This document shows, piece after piece, positions 49,101 to 57,827 of a stretch of DNA of 64,000 bases. Source of the DNA: Candidatus Cloacimonadales bacterium (GTDB lineage: Bacteria > Cloacimonadota > Cloacimonadia > Cloacimonadales > JAIOQZ01). Location: NCBI GenBank assembly GCA_963674825.1, contig OY771587.1:1632001-1696000 (forward strand), in the 5' to 3' direction. Position 1 is the stretch's first letter; every line of letters starts with the position of its first letter. The position numbers were made by a program, and so were the translations under genes. The notes under the pieces are model-generated. The model was not told where the DNA came from, ran no database searches, and worked only from the letters and a program-made list of their open reading frames with translations.

Positions 49101-52100
49101 GAAGAAATAACCGGATCCCTGACATACACAGATATCGACCTCGCAAACGGCGCTTACGACTACGAAGTGAGTGCTGTTTATACAACCGGTGAATCGCAGA
49201 TGTCCAACCTCGTCACTGCTACGGTCGAGGTGCTTTATCCGCCGCAGAATCTTGTTGCAGAAGTCACACAGGATGAAGTGACACTCTCATGGCAGCTTCC
49301 TGCTGTGCAGGGTGGACTGACCCGTGATCTGCTGGGCTACAAGGTCTATCGTGACGGTGTAGAAATCAACGAAACCAACGATCTCAACTATCTAGATATC
49401 GATCTTGCCAACGGCGCATATGACTACGAAGTGAGTGCGCTCTATACAAACGGTGAATCGCAGATGTCTAACCTCGTTACCGCTACGGTTGAAGTGCTTT
49501 ATCCACCTCAGAATCTTGTTGCAGAAGTCGCTCAAGATGAAGTGACACTTACGTGGCAGCTTCCTGCCGTACAGGGCGGACTGACCCGTGATCTGCTGGG
49601 TTACAAGGTCTATCGTAACGGGATTCTGGTTGAAGAATTAATTGGAGTCCTGACGTACATAGACGTTAATCTAGCCAATGGCGCATACGACTACGAAGTG
49701 AGTGCTGTTTATACAACCGGTGAATCGCAGATGTCCAACCTCGTTACCGCTACGGTTGAGGTGCTTTACCCGCCGCGCAACCTTTCGGCAGTGGTTTCCA
49801 ATGAGGTTAACGCCATCCTGAGTTGGGACGCTCCGCTTACCAGCGGCCGTTCACTCAACGGGTATCTCGTATTCCGCAATGGATCGCTGGTTGCGACAAT
49901 CGGTTCTCCGGCACAGCTGACATGGACAGATTACAGCCTGCAGAATGGCGGATACGATTATTCGATTCAGGCATTCTACACCACTGGGATTTCTCCTGCT
50001 AGCAACATCGCGCATGTGGACATCGACTACAACCCGGTGCTGGATGCGCCATCCAATTTGAACGCGACCGTAGTCAACGGCAACGATGTCGAACTGAGCT
50101 GGACCGGACCAGAATCAACACAGATCGGCTATAAGATCTATCGTGACGGCGCAGAAATAGCGGAATTGACCGATCCAACAACCGTCAGCTTCACCGATAT
50201 CGGACTTCCGAACGGCGTGTATGTATACGCTGTCACAGCGATTTATTCCGAAGGTGAGTCATCGCCATCCAACACGGCAGTCGCGGATATTCTGATAACC
50301 TCACCGCCGCAGGAACTTGTAGCGCAGATCCAGAACGATAACGAAGCTGCCCTTAGCTGGAACCCGCCGGTTAATTCAGGATACACCGGCTATGTGGTTT
50401 ATCGCAACAATGTTGTTATCGCGGTGTTGGAAGCAAATACGGAAAATTACACCGACACCGGGCTTGCCAACGGTGACTACGATTACTACGTGAAAGCGCA
50501 GTTCAATACCAACCTCTCCATCGCCTCCAACACGGCTTCCGTCAATGTGGAGATTCTGTATCCACCTACGGATCTGACGGCAGATGTAGTAAATAGCAAC
50601 GATGTAACGCTTACCTGGGCGGCTCCGGTGACAGGCCGTAGTCTCCTTGGTTACAATATCTATCGTGACGGTGTTCTGATTGACGAAGTGACCGGAGCTC
50701 TGACATACACGGACATCAACCTCGCTAACGGCGCATACGACTACGAAGTGAGTGCGCTTTATACATCCGGCGAATCGCAGATGTCCAACCTCGTTACCGC
50801 TTCAATCGAAGTGCTGTATCCGCCGCAGAATCTTGAAGCATCGGTGATGCAGGACGAAGTGACGCTCACCTGGCAGCTTCCTGCCGTACAGGGTGGACTG
50901 ACCCGTGCTTTCCTGGGCTACAACGTCTACCGCGACGGTGCAGAAATAGCCAATATCAACGATCCGGCAACGCTCACCTATCTCGACATCGATCTTGCCA
51001 ATGGCGCATACGACTACGAAGTGAGTGTGCTTTACACGACTGGCGAATCGCAGATGTCCAACCTCGTTACCGCTACGGTCGAGGTGCTTTATCCACCGCA
51101 GAATCTTACATATGCGGTTATGCAAGACGAAGTAACACTTTCGTGGGAGCTTCCAGCCGTACAGGGCGGGTTGACCCGTGCTTTCCTGGGCTACAAAGTC
51201 TACCGCGACGGTGCAGAAATAGCCAATATCAACGACCCGGCAACGCTCACCTATCTCGACATCGATCTTGCCAATGGCGCATACGACTACGAAGTGAGTG
51301 CGCTCTACACAACCGGCGAATCGCAGATGTCTAATCTTGTTACAGCAACCGTTGAAGTGCTTTATCCGCCGACCGGGCTCACGGCCACTGTGACAATTGA
51401 TGATGTGCTCCTCAACTGGAACATCCCACAGACGCAGCGCAGAAACCGCAGCCTGACCGGCTACCAGCTATACCGAAATGGATCGATGATTGCAACGATA
51501 GACAATCCGGCAATTACGACATATACCGAGACAGACTTGGTGAACGGAAGCTACACATACGAAGTTATGGCGACCTATTCCTCAGGCAATTCTCCGCTGT
51601 CTGAGCCTGCTGTTGCCGTTATCGCCGTCGTGACGCCTCCCGAGAATCCGGCGTTCACGATCTTGAACGGAAATGATGTAGATATAACATGGGAATTGCC
51701 AATCAACCAGACCACGCCAAACTCCTATACGATTTACCGTGATGGCGCGGACGTCCATACCACGGAAAACGGAACCGTACTTACATGGACTGACACAGAC
51801 CTCGAGAATGGCGACTACAACTACTGGCTTACAGCTACGTATGATGCCGGCGAATCGATCGCAACCGAGACAATGCTGGTGCAGATCGCAGTGATGAATC
51901 CTCCCACTGGGCTTTCGGCCGATGTGACGCTGGATATGGTGGAGCTTACGTGGATTGAACCCGCAAACGCTAGCGGATTACTGGGATTCATTGTCTATCG
52001 CGATAGCGTTGAGATTGCCCAGATCAATGCTCCCGATGTCTTCGTTTACGATGACTTCGATCTGGCAGCGGGTGACTACCAGTACTTCGTCACGGCGAAT

Positions 52101-52964
52101 TATACCGTCGGCGAATCGGAACCTTCGAACACGATTGACGCAACGATTCTGCTTCCACCGCCGGGTAACGTCCTGGCTACGCCAGACAGCAGTGATGTTG
52201 TGGTGAGTTGGGATACGCCAGCGATGCGAAGCCTCGTTGGATTCCGCATTTATCGTGACGGAGCTGAGATCGTAACACTCGACAATCCAGCTCTGGTTGA
52301 ATACACTGATGCGAACCTGCCCAACGGCGACTATTCCTACACGGTTCAGTCCTTGTTCACATCTGATGTATCAGATCAAAGCACACCTGCAGAGTGTACG
52401 GTGGAAGTGCTCTGGGCTCCTGAAAATCTCGAGGCGGAACTCGGCGACAATGTATCGGTCAGCCTTACGTGGGATGCACATCCCATGGGTGTTACCATGA
52501 CAGCGTACAAGGTGTACCGTAATGATGTAGAGATAGCCCAGATTGACGACCCGGAAGTAACACACTATGATGATCTCGAGTTGGCTCCCGGGTACTATAC
52601 GTACACCGTAACGGCTCTTTACAACAGCGGAGAATCCGATCCTTCCAATGAAGTCGATATCGAAATCTACGCCACTGGTGACGAGCCTATTCCTCCAATG
52701 ACGACACAGCTCATTGGAAATGCGCCGAACCCGTTCAATCCGAGCACGACCATCATGTTCAGTGTCGCCAGTGATAGCGCTGTGAACTTGAGTGTGTTCA
52801 ACGTACGTGGGCAGAAGGTTGCCACTCTGGTGAACAACGAGGTTCTGTCTGCCGGTGAGCATCGTGTTGTTTGGAACGCCGGCAATGCTGGCAGCGGCGT
52901 GTATTTCGTACGCATGAGTACTCAGAAGAGCCAGTTCATCCACAAGATGTTGCTGGTTAAGTAG
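43149..52964 (+). CDS. Giant secreted protein: C10 (streptopain-like) prodomain and peptidase-like domain, 30 FN3 domains, C-terminal sorting domain
   Basis: GFLLISADD..PILAY prodomain; AMAM.MKYW, HA..LDGY, FHFNWG..G.YNGYF; 30 P..L...W...GY.IYR..Y.V.A.Y..GES units; APNPFNP...NVRGQKV. Confidence 0.9.
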   Translation: MKKSMLSVFLLFIFLTFLEAAPVLQSDADIVAENWSKHWSELRNSEINVRSSETIGTQLYLYHLDPAGFLLISADDNLEPILAYDFTTTASETKPDNFLSWLDVYQEECDYVRSHEIDDTRCNQLWSELLTDDLSRYQNTRNVSPMIWSQWGEGDDWNDACPDDPDGPGGNAYAGSHAVAMAMLMKYWNHPAQGEGQNSYYLPEYGAVEAVFDTTHYGWTHMPNSFSTNWTENLIFHCGVATFMDYSPTSSTTSINAVAQAMVDHFRYSSEMDLLARSDYDETVWEGMVRTELENGRPLLYQGEGTALHAHLLDGYQNTDFFHFNWGNEGQYNGYFQLSAITPSTANYTSNQKALFNVQPSLGPDTIDESFENDWNTFNWEFAGQSEWQIATDEHFYGIKSAKSGDINHNQTSEIFQSWNVLEDGPITFWCRVSSEDNGNNDYDRLEFWIDGVEADRWGGERDWEQMSYDITAGVHEFRWIYRKDGSLVSGQDCAWIDAIDFPDGATPLNAPQNFTASIVNDDSVLMTWEAPLIRNLLGYRIFRNNVEITTILNPNTLQFIDLNLPNGSYSYYARAVYDSGVSDPTITHVINIEVLYPPTALVASVSNFDDVLLAWNMPATQQARRTPINTRSLMGYRIYRDNTLIDSVNSQTTLQYADNDLPEGTHEYQVSAIYSSGYSELSNVAVAAIGVPWPPSELTAQVQNFNEVFLDWTAPPQTSETLTGYKIYRGLDLVHEMTDITSTSYTELDLPNGTHVYHVTAIYGEVESGPSNTAVATIEVPYPPQNLIADVAEDDVTLDWDAPATGSRNLTAYYVYRNNSPIATIWNTNVTSYFDPMLANGFYAYKVIAVYGDVYSEPSNIVNIEMDIPYPPSNLSAQIENLNDIVLNWDQPPVQGGLRSFLGYHVVRNGENHALVTDFNQLTWTDENVDNGVYEYFVYAEYNAGNSESTNDVEVTVEVLYPPQNPSYTIDDDDVVLTWDLPATGGGLTRDLLGYTIYRDDILIQTINDPAVLTWTDLNLANATYTYYLQATYTSGVSAPTDNLDVMVEVFYPASNLVGEIINEDDVALTWSPALNSGGLRMLQGYRVFRNDIAITDVTPADTTWLDSTLPNGDYIYYVKALYENGLSAETNHVPIHIEVMYPARQLTASVTGDDVNLAWLEPLTSGGLSRDLLGYRIYRDSDEIAVINDPAQVAFMDMNLDNGSYSYTVRAEYAVGLSEPSNTALASIEVLYPPTNLTAIVTNDTVSLNWNIPDNGPTRNLLGYTIIRNGSVLLQIADPATVGYEDTGLANGEYSYEVVADYSTGQSASEGPVTATVEVLYAPRNLGCSLENYYNAVLTWDPPLNQGGLTRVMNGYQVFRDSVLIADVTDVNYTDNALPDGSYDYTVKAVYTSGVSQASNTVNAIIEYPYAPSGLSAAVSQDTVSLVWTAPSSNTVLGYTIYRDGVSIADINDSAILNFNDTGLANGSYSYYVIARYNVDDSVPSNTVTATVEVLYPPQNLEASVMQDEVTLSWELPAVQGGLTRDLLGYKVYRDGNLIEEITGSLTYTDIDLANGAYDYEVSAVYTTGESQMSNLVTATVEVLYPPQNLTYAVTQDEVTLTWQLPAVQGGLTRDLLGYKVYRDGVLIEEVSGSLTYTDIDLANGAYDYEVSAVYTTGESQMSNLVTATVEVLYPPQNLEASVMQDEVTLTWQLPAVQGGLTRDLLGYKVYRDGVLIEEITGVLTYTDVNLANGAYDYEVSAVYTTGESQMSNLVTATVEVLYPPQNLVAEVAQDEVTLSWQLPAVQGGLTRDLLGYKVYRDGVEITETNDLNYLDIDLANGVYDYEVSAVYTTGESQMSNLVTATVEVLYPPQNLEASVMQDEVTLTWQLPAVQGGLTRDLLGYKVYRDGVEINETNDLNYLDIDLANGAYDYEVSAVYTTGESQMSNLVTATVEVLYPPQNLEASVMQDEVTLTWQLPAVQGGLTRDLLGYKVYRDGVLIEEITGSLTYTDIDLANGAYDYEVSAVYTTGESQMSNLVTATVEVLYPPQNLVAEVTQDEVTLSWQLPAVQGGLTRDLLGYKVYRDGVEINETNDLNYLDIDLANGAYDYEVSALYTNGESQMSNLVTATVEVLYPPQNLVAEVAQDEVTLTWQLPAVQGGLTRDLLGYKVYRNGILVEELIGVLTYIDVNLANGAYDYEVSAVYTTGESQMSNLVTATVEVLYPPRNLSAVVSNEVNAILSWDAPLTSGRSLNGYLVFRNGSLVATIGSPAQLTWTDYSLQNGGYDYSIQAFYTTGISPASNIAHVDIDYNPVLDAPSNLNATVVNGNDVELSWTGPESTQIGYKIYRDGAEIAELTDPTTVSFTDIGLPNGVYVYAVTAIYSEGESSPSNTAVADILITSPPQELVAQIQNDNEAALSWNPPVNSGYTGYVVYRNNVVIAVLEANTENYTDTGLANGDYDYYVKAQFNTNLSIASNTASVNVEILYPPTDLTADVVNSNDVTLTWAAPVTGRSLLGYNIYRDGVLIDEVTGALTYTDINLANGAYDYEVSALYTSGESQMSNLVTASIEVLYPPQNLEASVMQDEVTLTWQLPAVQGGLTRAFLGYNVYRDGAEIANINDPATLTYLDIDLANGAYDYEVSVLYTTGESQMSNLVTATVEVLYPPQNLTYAVMQDEVTLSWELPAVQGGLTRAFLGYKVYRDGAEIANINDPATLTYLDIDLANGAYDYEVSALYTTGESQMSNLVTATVEVLYPPTGLTATVTIDDVLLNWNIPQTQRRNRSLTGYQLYRNGSMIATIDNPAITTYTETDLVNGSYTYEVMATYSSGNSPLSEPAVAVIAVVTPPENPAFTILNGNDVDITWELPINQTTPNSYTIYRDGADVHTTENGTVLTWTDTDLENGDYNYWLTATYDAGESIATETMLVQIAVMNPPTGLSADVTLDMVELTWIEPANASGLLGFIVYRDSVEIAQINAPDVFVYDDFDLAAGDYQYFVTANYTVGESEPSNTIDATILLPPPGNVLATPDSSDVVVSWDTPAMRSLVGFRIYRDGAEIVTLDNPALVEYTDANLPNGDYSYTVQSLFTSDVSDQSTPAECTVEVLWAPENLEAELGDNVSVSLTWDAHPMGVTMTAYKVYRNDVEIAQIDDPEVTHYDDLELAPGYYTYTVTALYNSGESDPSNEVDIEIYATGDEPIPPMTTQLIGNAPNPFNPSTTIMFSVASDSAVNLSVFNVRGQKVATLVNNEVLSAGEHRVVWNAGNAGSGVYFVRMSTQKSQFIHKMLLVK
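47631..49758 (+). repeat. Eight near-identical in-frame tandem repeats of 264-267 bp (FN3 units)
   Basis: Recurring GTGCTTTATCC(A/G)CCGCAGAATCTT ... GAATCGCAGATGTC; related copies again at about 50660-51370. Confidence 0.92.
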
Positions 52965-52986
52965 CCTGTCGAACCTTTTCAATAAT

Positions 52987-53014
52987 GAGGGGAGCTTATG
53001 CTCCCCTTCTTTTT
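52987..53014 (+). terminator. Rho-independent terminator
   Basis: AGGGGAGC-ttat-GCTCCCCT followed by TCTTTTT. Confidence 0.7.
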
Positions 53015-53097
53015 ACACTTTCGCGAAGTTTCGATAACAATATTGACAAGTTAAGCCATACCAGAAAGCTTTCGGCAATGTTTCTGGAGGTGCTCAC

Positions 53098-54033
53098 ATG
53101 GTAGAAATCGCACGAAGAATTTCTGTTTACTACTTCATACTGATCATGATGTTTCTGTTTGCCTGCTCCATCTATGCACAATCACAGAATGAATACCGGC
53201 TGTCGAACGGACTTGAGCTCGCTACAAAGGCTACAATCAAAGACACTGGAAGAGGCCACCCGTTTGGGCATAGCTGTATGTATGCAGCGTATCCTATTAA
53301 TGGAGTTAGCGACGACGAAACCTATGGGCGCAGCCTTTCGAATCCCATTCGAGTTAACGAAGGGGTTGACAATGGAGGTTCGAAGCGGGAGCAAGAGTAT
53401 TTTCAGACCCTTGTGGACGATAAGGGCCGCCCTATAGCATTTGAACGACTAGGGGCCATTTATCCTCCTGTCAAGTCGCCACAGTTATTGGATGTGTACG
53501 AGATTACAACAGCCAGCGGAAAAGATACGCTATTCATCGATATGTATACTCTCGAAGCTCCCCAAGCGCCGACAGGATATCGCTATGCCACTTGGGATAA
53601 GGCCGATATCGAGCAGGTTTTGGAATCGACAGATCCACTCTTACGGTATCAGTACGACGCGATCGTTTGGAATATCTGCATGGATGGGATTGCTATGTCG
53701 AACAGTGCGACGAAAGAAGAGTGTCTTGAGGTTGGACAACCGTTGATGCAGTGGATGAGGAAAGATCCGCGCTATTGCCTTAAAATGGGCGATGAGCTTA
53801 GCGGATTCAGCGAAGATATCTCGTTTATTGTGTTTACCAAGTACATAGCGCTGTATCTTGATTATCTGCATCGAGAGTTTCCTAATCGTGTTGACGATGA
53901 AAAAGTCGTCCCGCTACTCGTCGAGCAGATCAGATTGATACCGGAGGGAAAATCCCCATCGCCAATTCCATTGGGTTCGGCGACTATTGAAGGCGAAAGC
54001 CGGTTCAATGAGACTGTTCTTCCTGTGTATTGA
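53098..54033 (+). CDS. Hypothetical exported protein
   Basis: SD GGAGG, signal peptide; YG....NPI.V..G..G...E..Y...L...G..I.F.R.G segment. Confidence 0.7.
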   Translation: MVEIARRISVYYFILIMMFLFACSIYAQSQNEYRLSNGLELATKATIKDTGRGHPFGHSCMYAAYPINGVSDDETYGRSLSNPIRVNEGVDNGGSKREQEYFQTLVDDKGRPIAFERLGAIYPPVKSPQLLDVYEITTASGKDTLFIDMYTLEAPQAPTGYRYATWDKADIEQVLESTDPLLRYQYDAIVWNICMDGIAMSNSATKEECLEVGQPLMQWMRKDPRYCLKMGDELSGFSEDISFIVFTKYIALYLDYLHREFPNRVDDEKVVPLLVEQIRLIPEGKSPSPIPLGSATIEGESRFNETVLPVY

Positions 54034-54113
54034 CAACATCAAAACAGATAACTAAGATCTCTCAAAAAAACTGCAAGACTTAGGAGCTGGACGCCTTCTA
54101 CAACTAATGCAAC

Positions 54114-56324
54114 TTACTGCCTGTATTTCATCAGCTTGCGACTCATTGTGCTTTCGGTGATACCTAAAAGCTGTGCCGCTCGTTTTTGTGAGTGTTCAGC
54201 AATTTCGAATGCGCCTAAAACGGCTTCTTTCTCCAATTGGACGAGATTGAGCGTACCGGTAAAATTGCCCGATGTGGTGGCCTTCTCGCATTTCAATTTG
54301 GGTAGCGAATCACCAGTGAGCGTGTTTGACTTCTCGAGGATTACACTACGTGTTATAATATTTTTCAGTTCCCGGACATTTCCGGGGAACGGATAACTCC
54401 TCAGTGCATCGAGATACGATTTATCGATACTCAAATCGCCTCTCTTGAGTGATTTACCCGTTTCACTGATGAAATGTTCGGCCAACAGTTCAAGATCGCC
54501 GTCTCGATCTCGTAGCGGTGGGATATGAATGTGAATGGTGTTGATACGGTGAAGCAGGTCGAGTCTGAAGCGATTTTGCCGTACAAGCAGGTCGAGGTCT
54601 TTATTCGTCGAGGCTACGATCCGTACATCAACGTCGATCTCCTTATCGCTGCCGATAGCCGTAATTTTTCCTGTTTCTATGGCTCGCAGCAGTTTTGCCT
54701 GAATAGCAATGGGCATATCACCGATTTCATCGAGGAATAGTGTTCCGCCGTCAGCCTGCTCGAAATAGCCGGTTTTATCCTTCAAAGCACCGGTAAACGA
54801 TCCGGCGATATGTCCGAAAAACTCGCTCTCTGCCAGAGTCTCGGTGATCGCGCTGCAATTGACTGTAAGCAGACGATTCTCGCGACGGTCGCTATTGTAG
54901 TGGATTAATCTCGCGATGATCTCCTTGCCAGTACCGGATTCTCCGGTGATGACAACATTGACGTTGGGTATGCTCGATGCTTTTTTAGCGATCTTGGTAA
55001 TTTCACGAATACTTGCGCTTTGACCAATTAGGTTATGTTTGACCGTGCTTTGCAGGCTGGGTGAGAGCAAGTTCTGGATGCGCTCTCTGCGATGAATAGA
55101 CTCCTGAAACGTTTCCAGAAAATCGCGGTTCTGATCTCGTAGCTGCTGGTCATAAAATTCCTCTGTCAACAAGGTTGCATCTTTCTGTACCTCGAAAGCC
55201 GTTTTATATTCTTTCTTTTGCAGGTGATATCTAGCGAGGACTTTTTTTGTTTTAATCACCAGTTCATCTTCCTTATTGGCTTCGAAGTATGCCAGGGCTT
55301 CATCGATCTGCTTGCGCATGCCCTTGGAAAACTGGTTGTTCAGCAGTCTGTAGTGAATGATGTTGATAAGGATCGTGTATTTTGGAAGGACACTATCCTG
55401 CTCGCAGGCTATATCGTAGGCTATTTTGAAATGCTTTATAGCCAGGTCGTTCTTTCCTGACTGTCCATATGTAAGCGCGAGATTGTTATGTATTTTGCGG
55501 AAATAGAGCTTATTATTGAGCGATTGCAACATCGTGAGAGCTTGCAGGTAGTATTTCTCGGCCTCTTCGTACTTCTGAAGACGCTGATATGACAGTGCAA
55601 GATTGAAATAAGCCATTCCCTGTCGAACTCCCGAGCCTGTTTTGCCAAAGCTTTCGATGATCTCCTTGAATACTGCGACCGCGTTTTCCTGGTCATAAGT
55701 ATTGAGCAGAAAAAGCCCATAATCGTGCAGCGCGATGTTGAGGTGTTCGGTACGACCCGTTTTCCTGAAAAATGTGATCGCCTCTATCAGGTGTTCACGC
55801 GCGTCGATGTATTGCCCCTGCCTGAGGTAGAGTTGACCGATTGTCATCATTGCGATAGCTACTCGTAGGTCATCATGTTGCTGACTGAACATGCGGAGAC
55901 CGGTCAGAAGTTCTGTTTCCGCTTCCTGATATTTTCGCAGCGACATCTTGGTATAGCCCAACGATTGATGAATACGGGCAACGATGTTCTCCTCTTCCGG
56001 ATCCATCAGGGACAATGCCTGAATCAACAGCTCATGGGCTATCTCATGTCGGCCACACAAGCTGGCTGCATTCCCCTTTTGCATGAACACGAATCCGCGC
56101 AATGAAATGAGATTGAACCTCCCGGCTTGCTCGGCAAGTTCGTCAAATATAGGATCGGCTTCATGATAGCCGCTCTTAATGAGCTTGCCCTTGGCTACAT
56201 ACACATCTGCCATAAATTTTTCGAGCTCAGTCGATGCGATTTCATACAGTTTGTTGAATTCGTCGCTGAAAGCACTGACCTCTCCTATCACCTTTTCAAA
56301 GCGGTTCACAATTTCTTGAATCAT
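54114..56324 (-). CDS. TPR-containing sigma54-dependent Fis-family activator
   Basis: About 7 TPRs; GESGTGKE, ESEFFGH..GSFTGA, LFLDEIG, FR.DL..R, FPGNVREL; C-terminal HTH. Confidence 0.92.
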   Translation of the reverse strand: MIQEIVNRFEKVIGEVSAFSDEFNKLYEIASTELEKFMADVYVAKGKLIKSGYHEADPIFDELAEQAGRFNLISLRGFVFMQKGNAASLCGRHEIAHELLIQALSLMDPEEENIVARIHQSLGYTKMSLRKYQEAETELLTGLRMFSQQHDDLRVAIAMMTIGQLYLRQGQYIDAREHLIEAITFFRKTGRTEHLNIALHDYGLFLLNTYDQENAVAVFKEIIESFGKTGSGVRQGMAYFNLALSYQRLQKYEEAEKYYLQALTMLQSLNNKLYFRKIHNNLALTYGQSGKNDLAIKHFKIAYDIACEQDSVLPKYTILINIIHYRLLNNQFSKGMRKQIDEALAYFEANKEDELVIKTKKVLARYHLQKKEYKTAFEVQKDATLLTEEFYDQQLRDQNRDFLETFQESIHRRERIQNLLSPSLQSTVKHNLIGQSASIREITKIAKKASSIPNVNVVITGESGTGKEIIARLIHYNSDRRENRLLTVNCSAITETLAESEFFGHIAGSFTGALKDKTGYFEQADGGTLFLDEIGDMPIAIQAKLLRAIETGKITAIGSDKEIDVDVRIVASTNKDLDLLVRQNRFRLDLLHRINTIHIHIPPLRDRDGDLELLAEHFISETGKSLKRGDLSIDKSYLDALRSYPFPGNVRELKNIITRSVILEKSNTLTGDSLPKLKCEKATTSGNFTGTLNLVQLEKEAVLGAFEIAEHSQKRAAQLLGITESTMSRKLMKYRQ

Positions 56325-56359
56325 GCGTCCTCCGATAGAACAAACAAGATGCGAATTAA

Positions 56360-56491
56360 TTGCATTATGTCAATTGCAAAATTGCAAGTGGGCGGTGTTT
56401 GAGGCGATAATAACTACGGTATATAGTTCGGTCTTGTGTTTTCTCTATTGACTATAGGAGGAAATTTTGTTTGACTGATGCAATTTTGCAA
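56360..56491. promoter_or_regulatory. Divergent promoter region with TGCA-N4-TGCA boxes
   Basis: TTGCAAAATTGCAA 56374-56387 abutting minus-strand TTGACA; ATGCAATTTTGCAA 56478-56491 just after plus-strand TTGACT. Confidence 0.5.
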
Positions 56492-56547
56492 GGTTACTGA
56501 CGTGGAATGTGAACAGAGCTAACGATAGGATACCATGAGAGGATACG

Positions 56548-57219
56548 ATGAACGTTGATTACAGTGCCCATGAGCGGCAGTATCGGGAGTTGCGGCAGAA
56601 AGATGATCGCATGGGTTGGGGAACGACGCAGGAGAAACAGGAGCAGATCGAGCAGTTTGAGAAGATTCTTCGCGATGTCGTGTTACCGGAAGGCTCGAAG
56701 ATAGTGGAGTTGGGCTGTGGTGCAGCGGAATTGGCGATACATTTCGCACGGAAGGGCTTCAATCTCAGTGGGATTGATATCTCGCCTACGGCAATTGATT
56801 GGGGACGTCAGAATGCTGTTAAAGAAGGTGTGGCCATCGAGTTGCATTGTGGCGATGTTCGTGAGCTGCCATTCGAAGACAGCTCCATTGATCTCGTGCT
56901 TGACGCATGTCTGTTGCATTGCATCATTGGTGACGACAGGGCAGCAACGATAGGGGAAGTATGGCGTGTGCTGAAGCTGGGAGGATTGTTTGCCGGCATC
57001 ACGATGTGTGGTCCTATAGAAGATATACTGCACGAGCAGTTCGATATCGTCGATAACTGCCTCTGCCGGAATGGTCATGCGCTCCGTTATATAGGTGATA
57101 GCGATGCAATCCTGTCCGAGATAAAATCAGCCGGATTCGAAATTGTTCGCTATGATATACTTGAGGTGGATGCCAACGGTACCATGGTCTATCTGGCAGA
57201 GAAAAGGAATGAAACATGA
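56548..57219 (+). CDS. Class I SAM-dependent methyltransferase
   Basis: VELGCGAA, GIDIS..AI, GDV.ELPF.D, RVLK.GG. Confidence 0.88.
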   Translation: MNVDYSAHERQYRELRQKDDRMGWGTTQEKQEQIEQFEKILRDVVLPEGSKIVELGCGAAELAIHFARKGFNLSGIDISPTAIDWGRQNAVKEGVAIELHCGDVRELPFEDSSIDLVLDACLLHCIIGDDRAATIGEVWRVLKLGGLFAGITMCGPIEDILHEQFDIVDNCLCRNGHALRYIGDSDAILSEIKSAGFEIVRYDILEVDANGTMVYLAEKRNET

Positions 57220-57620
57220 ATTACTACGAAATGGAATTGATTGTTACGCAAGATGATATAGATGAGCAGGGCCACGTCAACAATGTCCGCTATCTGCAAT
57301 GGGTGCAGGATGTCTCGAAGGCTCACTGGTGCGATGTACTGAGCAAAGAACTCTCTCGCGAGTACGGATGGGTCGTCAAGAGTCATCAGATCGATTACAA
57401 GCGTCCTGCTTTTCTTGGCGACAAGCTCAAGGTTGCAACCTGGATCGAGAAATTCGATGGATATCTCAGCTTCCGCACCGTTGAGATACGAAATGCCGGG
57501 ACAGATCGCATATACACTAAATCGATAACAAAATGGTGTCTTTACGACTTCGAGACACAGAAACCCATGCGTATTCCACAGGAGATGATCGACCTGCTTG
57601 CTTCAATCCAGGCTACATAG
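57216..57620 (+). CDS. Acyl-CoA thioesterase (4HBT/YbgC-like hotdog fold)
   Basis: DID..GHVNN..Y..W; IDYKRPA.LGD; ATGA overlap. Confidence 0.88.
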   Translation: MNYYEMELIVTQDDIDEQGHVNNVRYLQWVQDVSKAHWCDVLSKELSREYGWVVKSHQIDYKRPAFLGDKLKVATWIEKFDGYLSFRTVEIRNAGTDRIYTKSITKWCLYDFETQKPMRIPQEMIDLLASIQAT

Positions 57621-57686
57621 CTGCAATTGAAATTAATATTGCAGAATGAGAATAATCTTTCTCCATTTAACCATTGGAGGTGGATT

Positions 57687-57827
57687 ATGAAACTACGCTA
57701 TGCAGTTCTTCTACTTATTCTTGTTGTCGCCGCAGGTGCCCAGGAGATTGTCTGGAGTTACAGGTTATTTTGTTCCGATATAGAAGATCATCGTAGCGGG
57801 AGCGTAACCATGCTCGCTCAGGCGTGA
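57687..57827 (+). pseudogene. Truncated 5' fragment of a secreted protein
   Basis: GGAGG SD and clean signal peptide MKLRYAVLLLILVVAAGA-QE, then runs into the 3' end of a convergent gene. Confidence 0.45.

Noticed and set aside
47631..49758. CRISPR array or DGR template/variable repeats
   Set aside because: Units are 264-267 bp in-frame protein repeats without unique spacers; differences are not adenine-specific; no cas or reverse transcriptase gene in the window.
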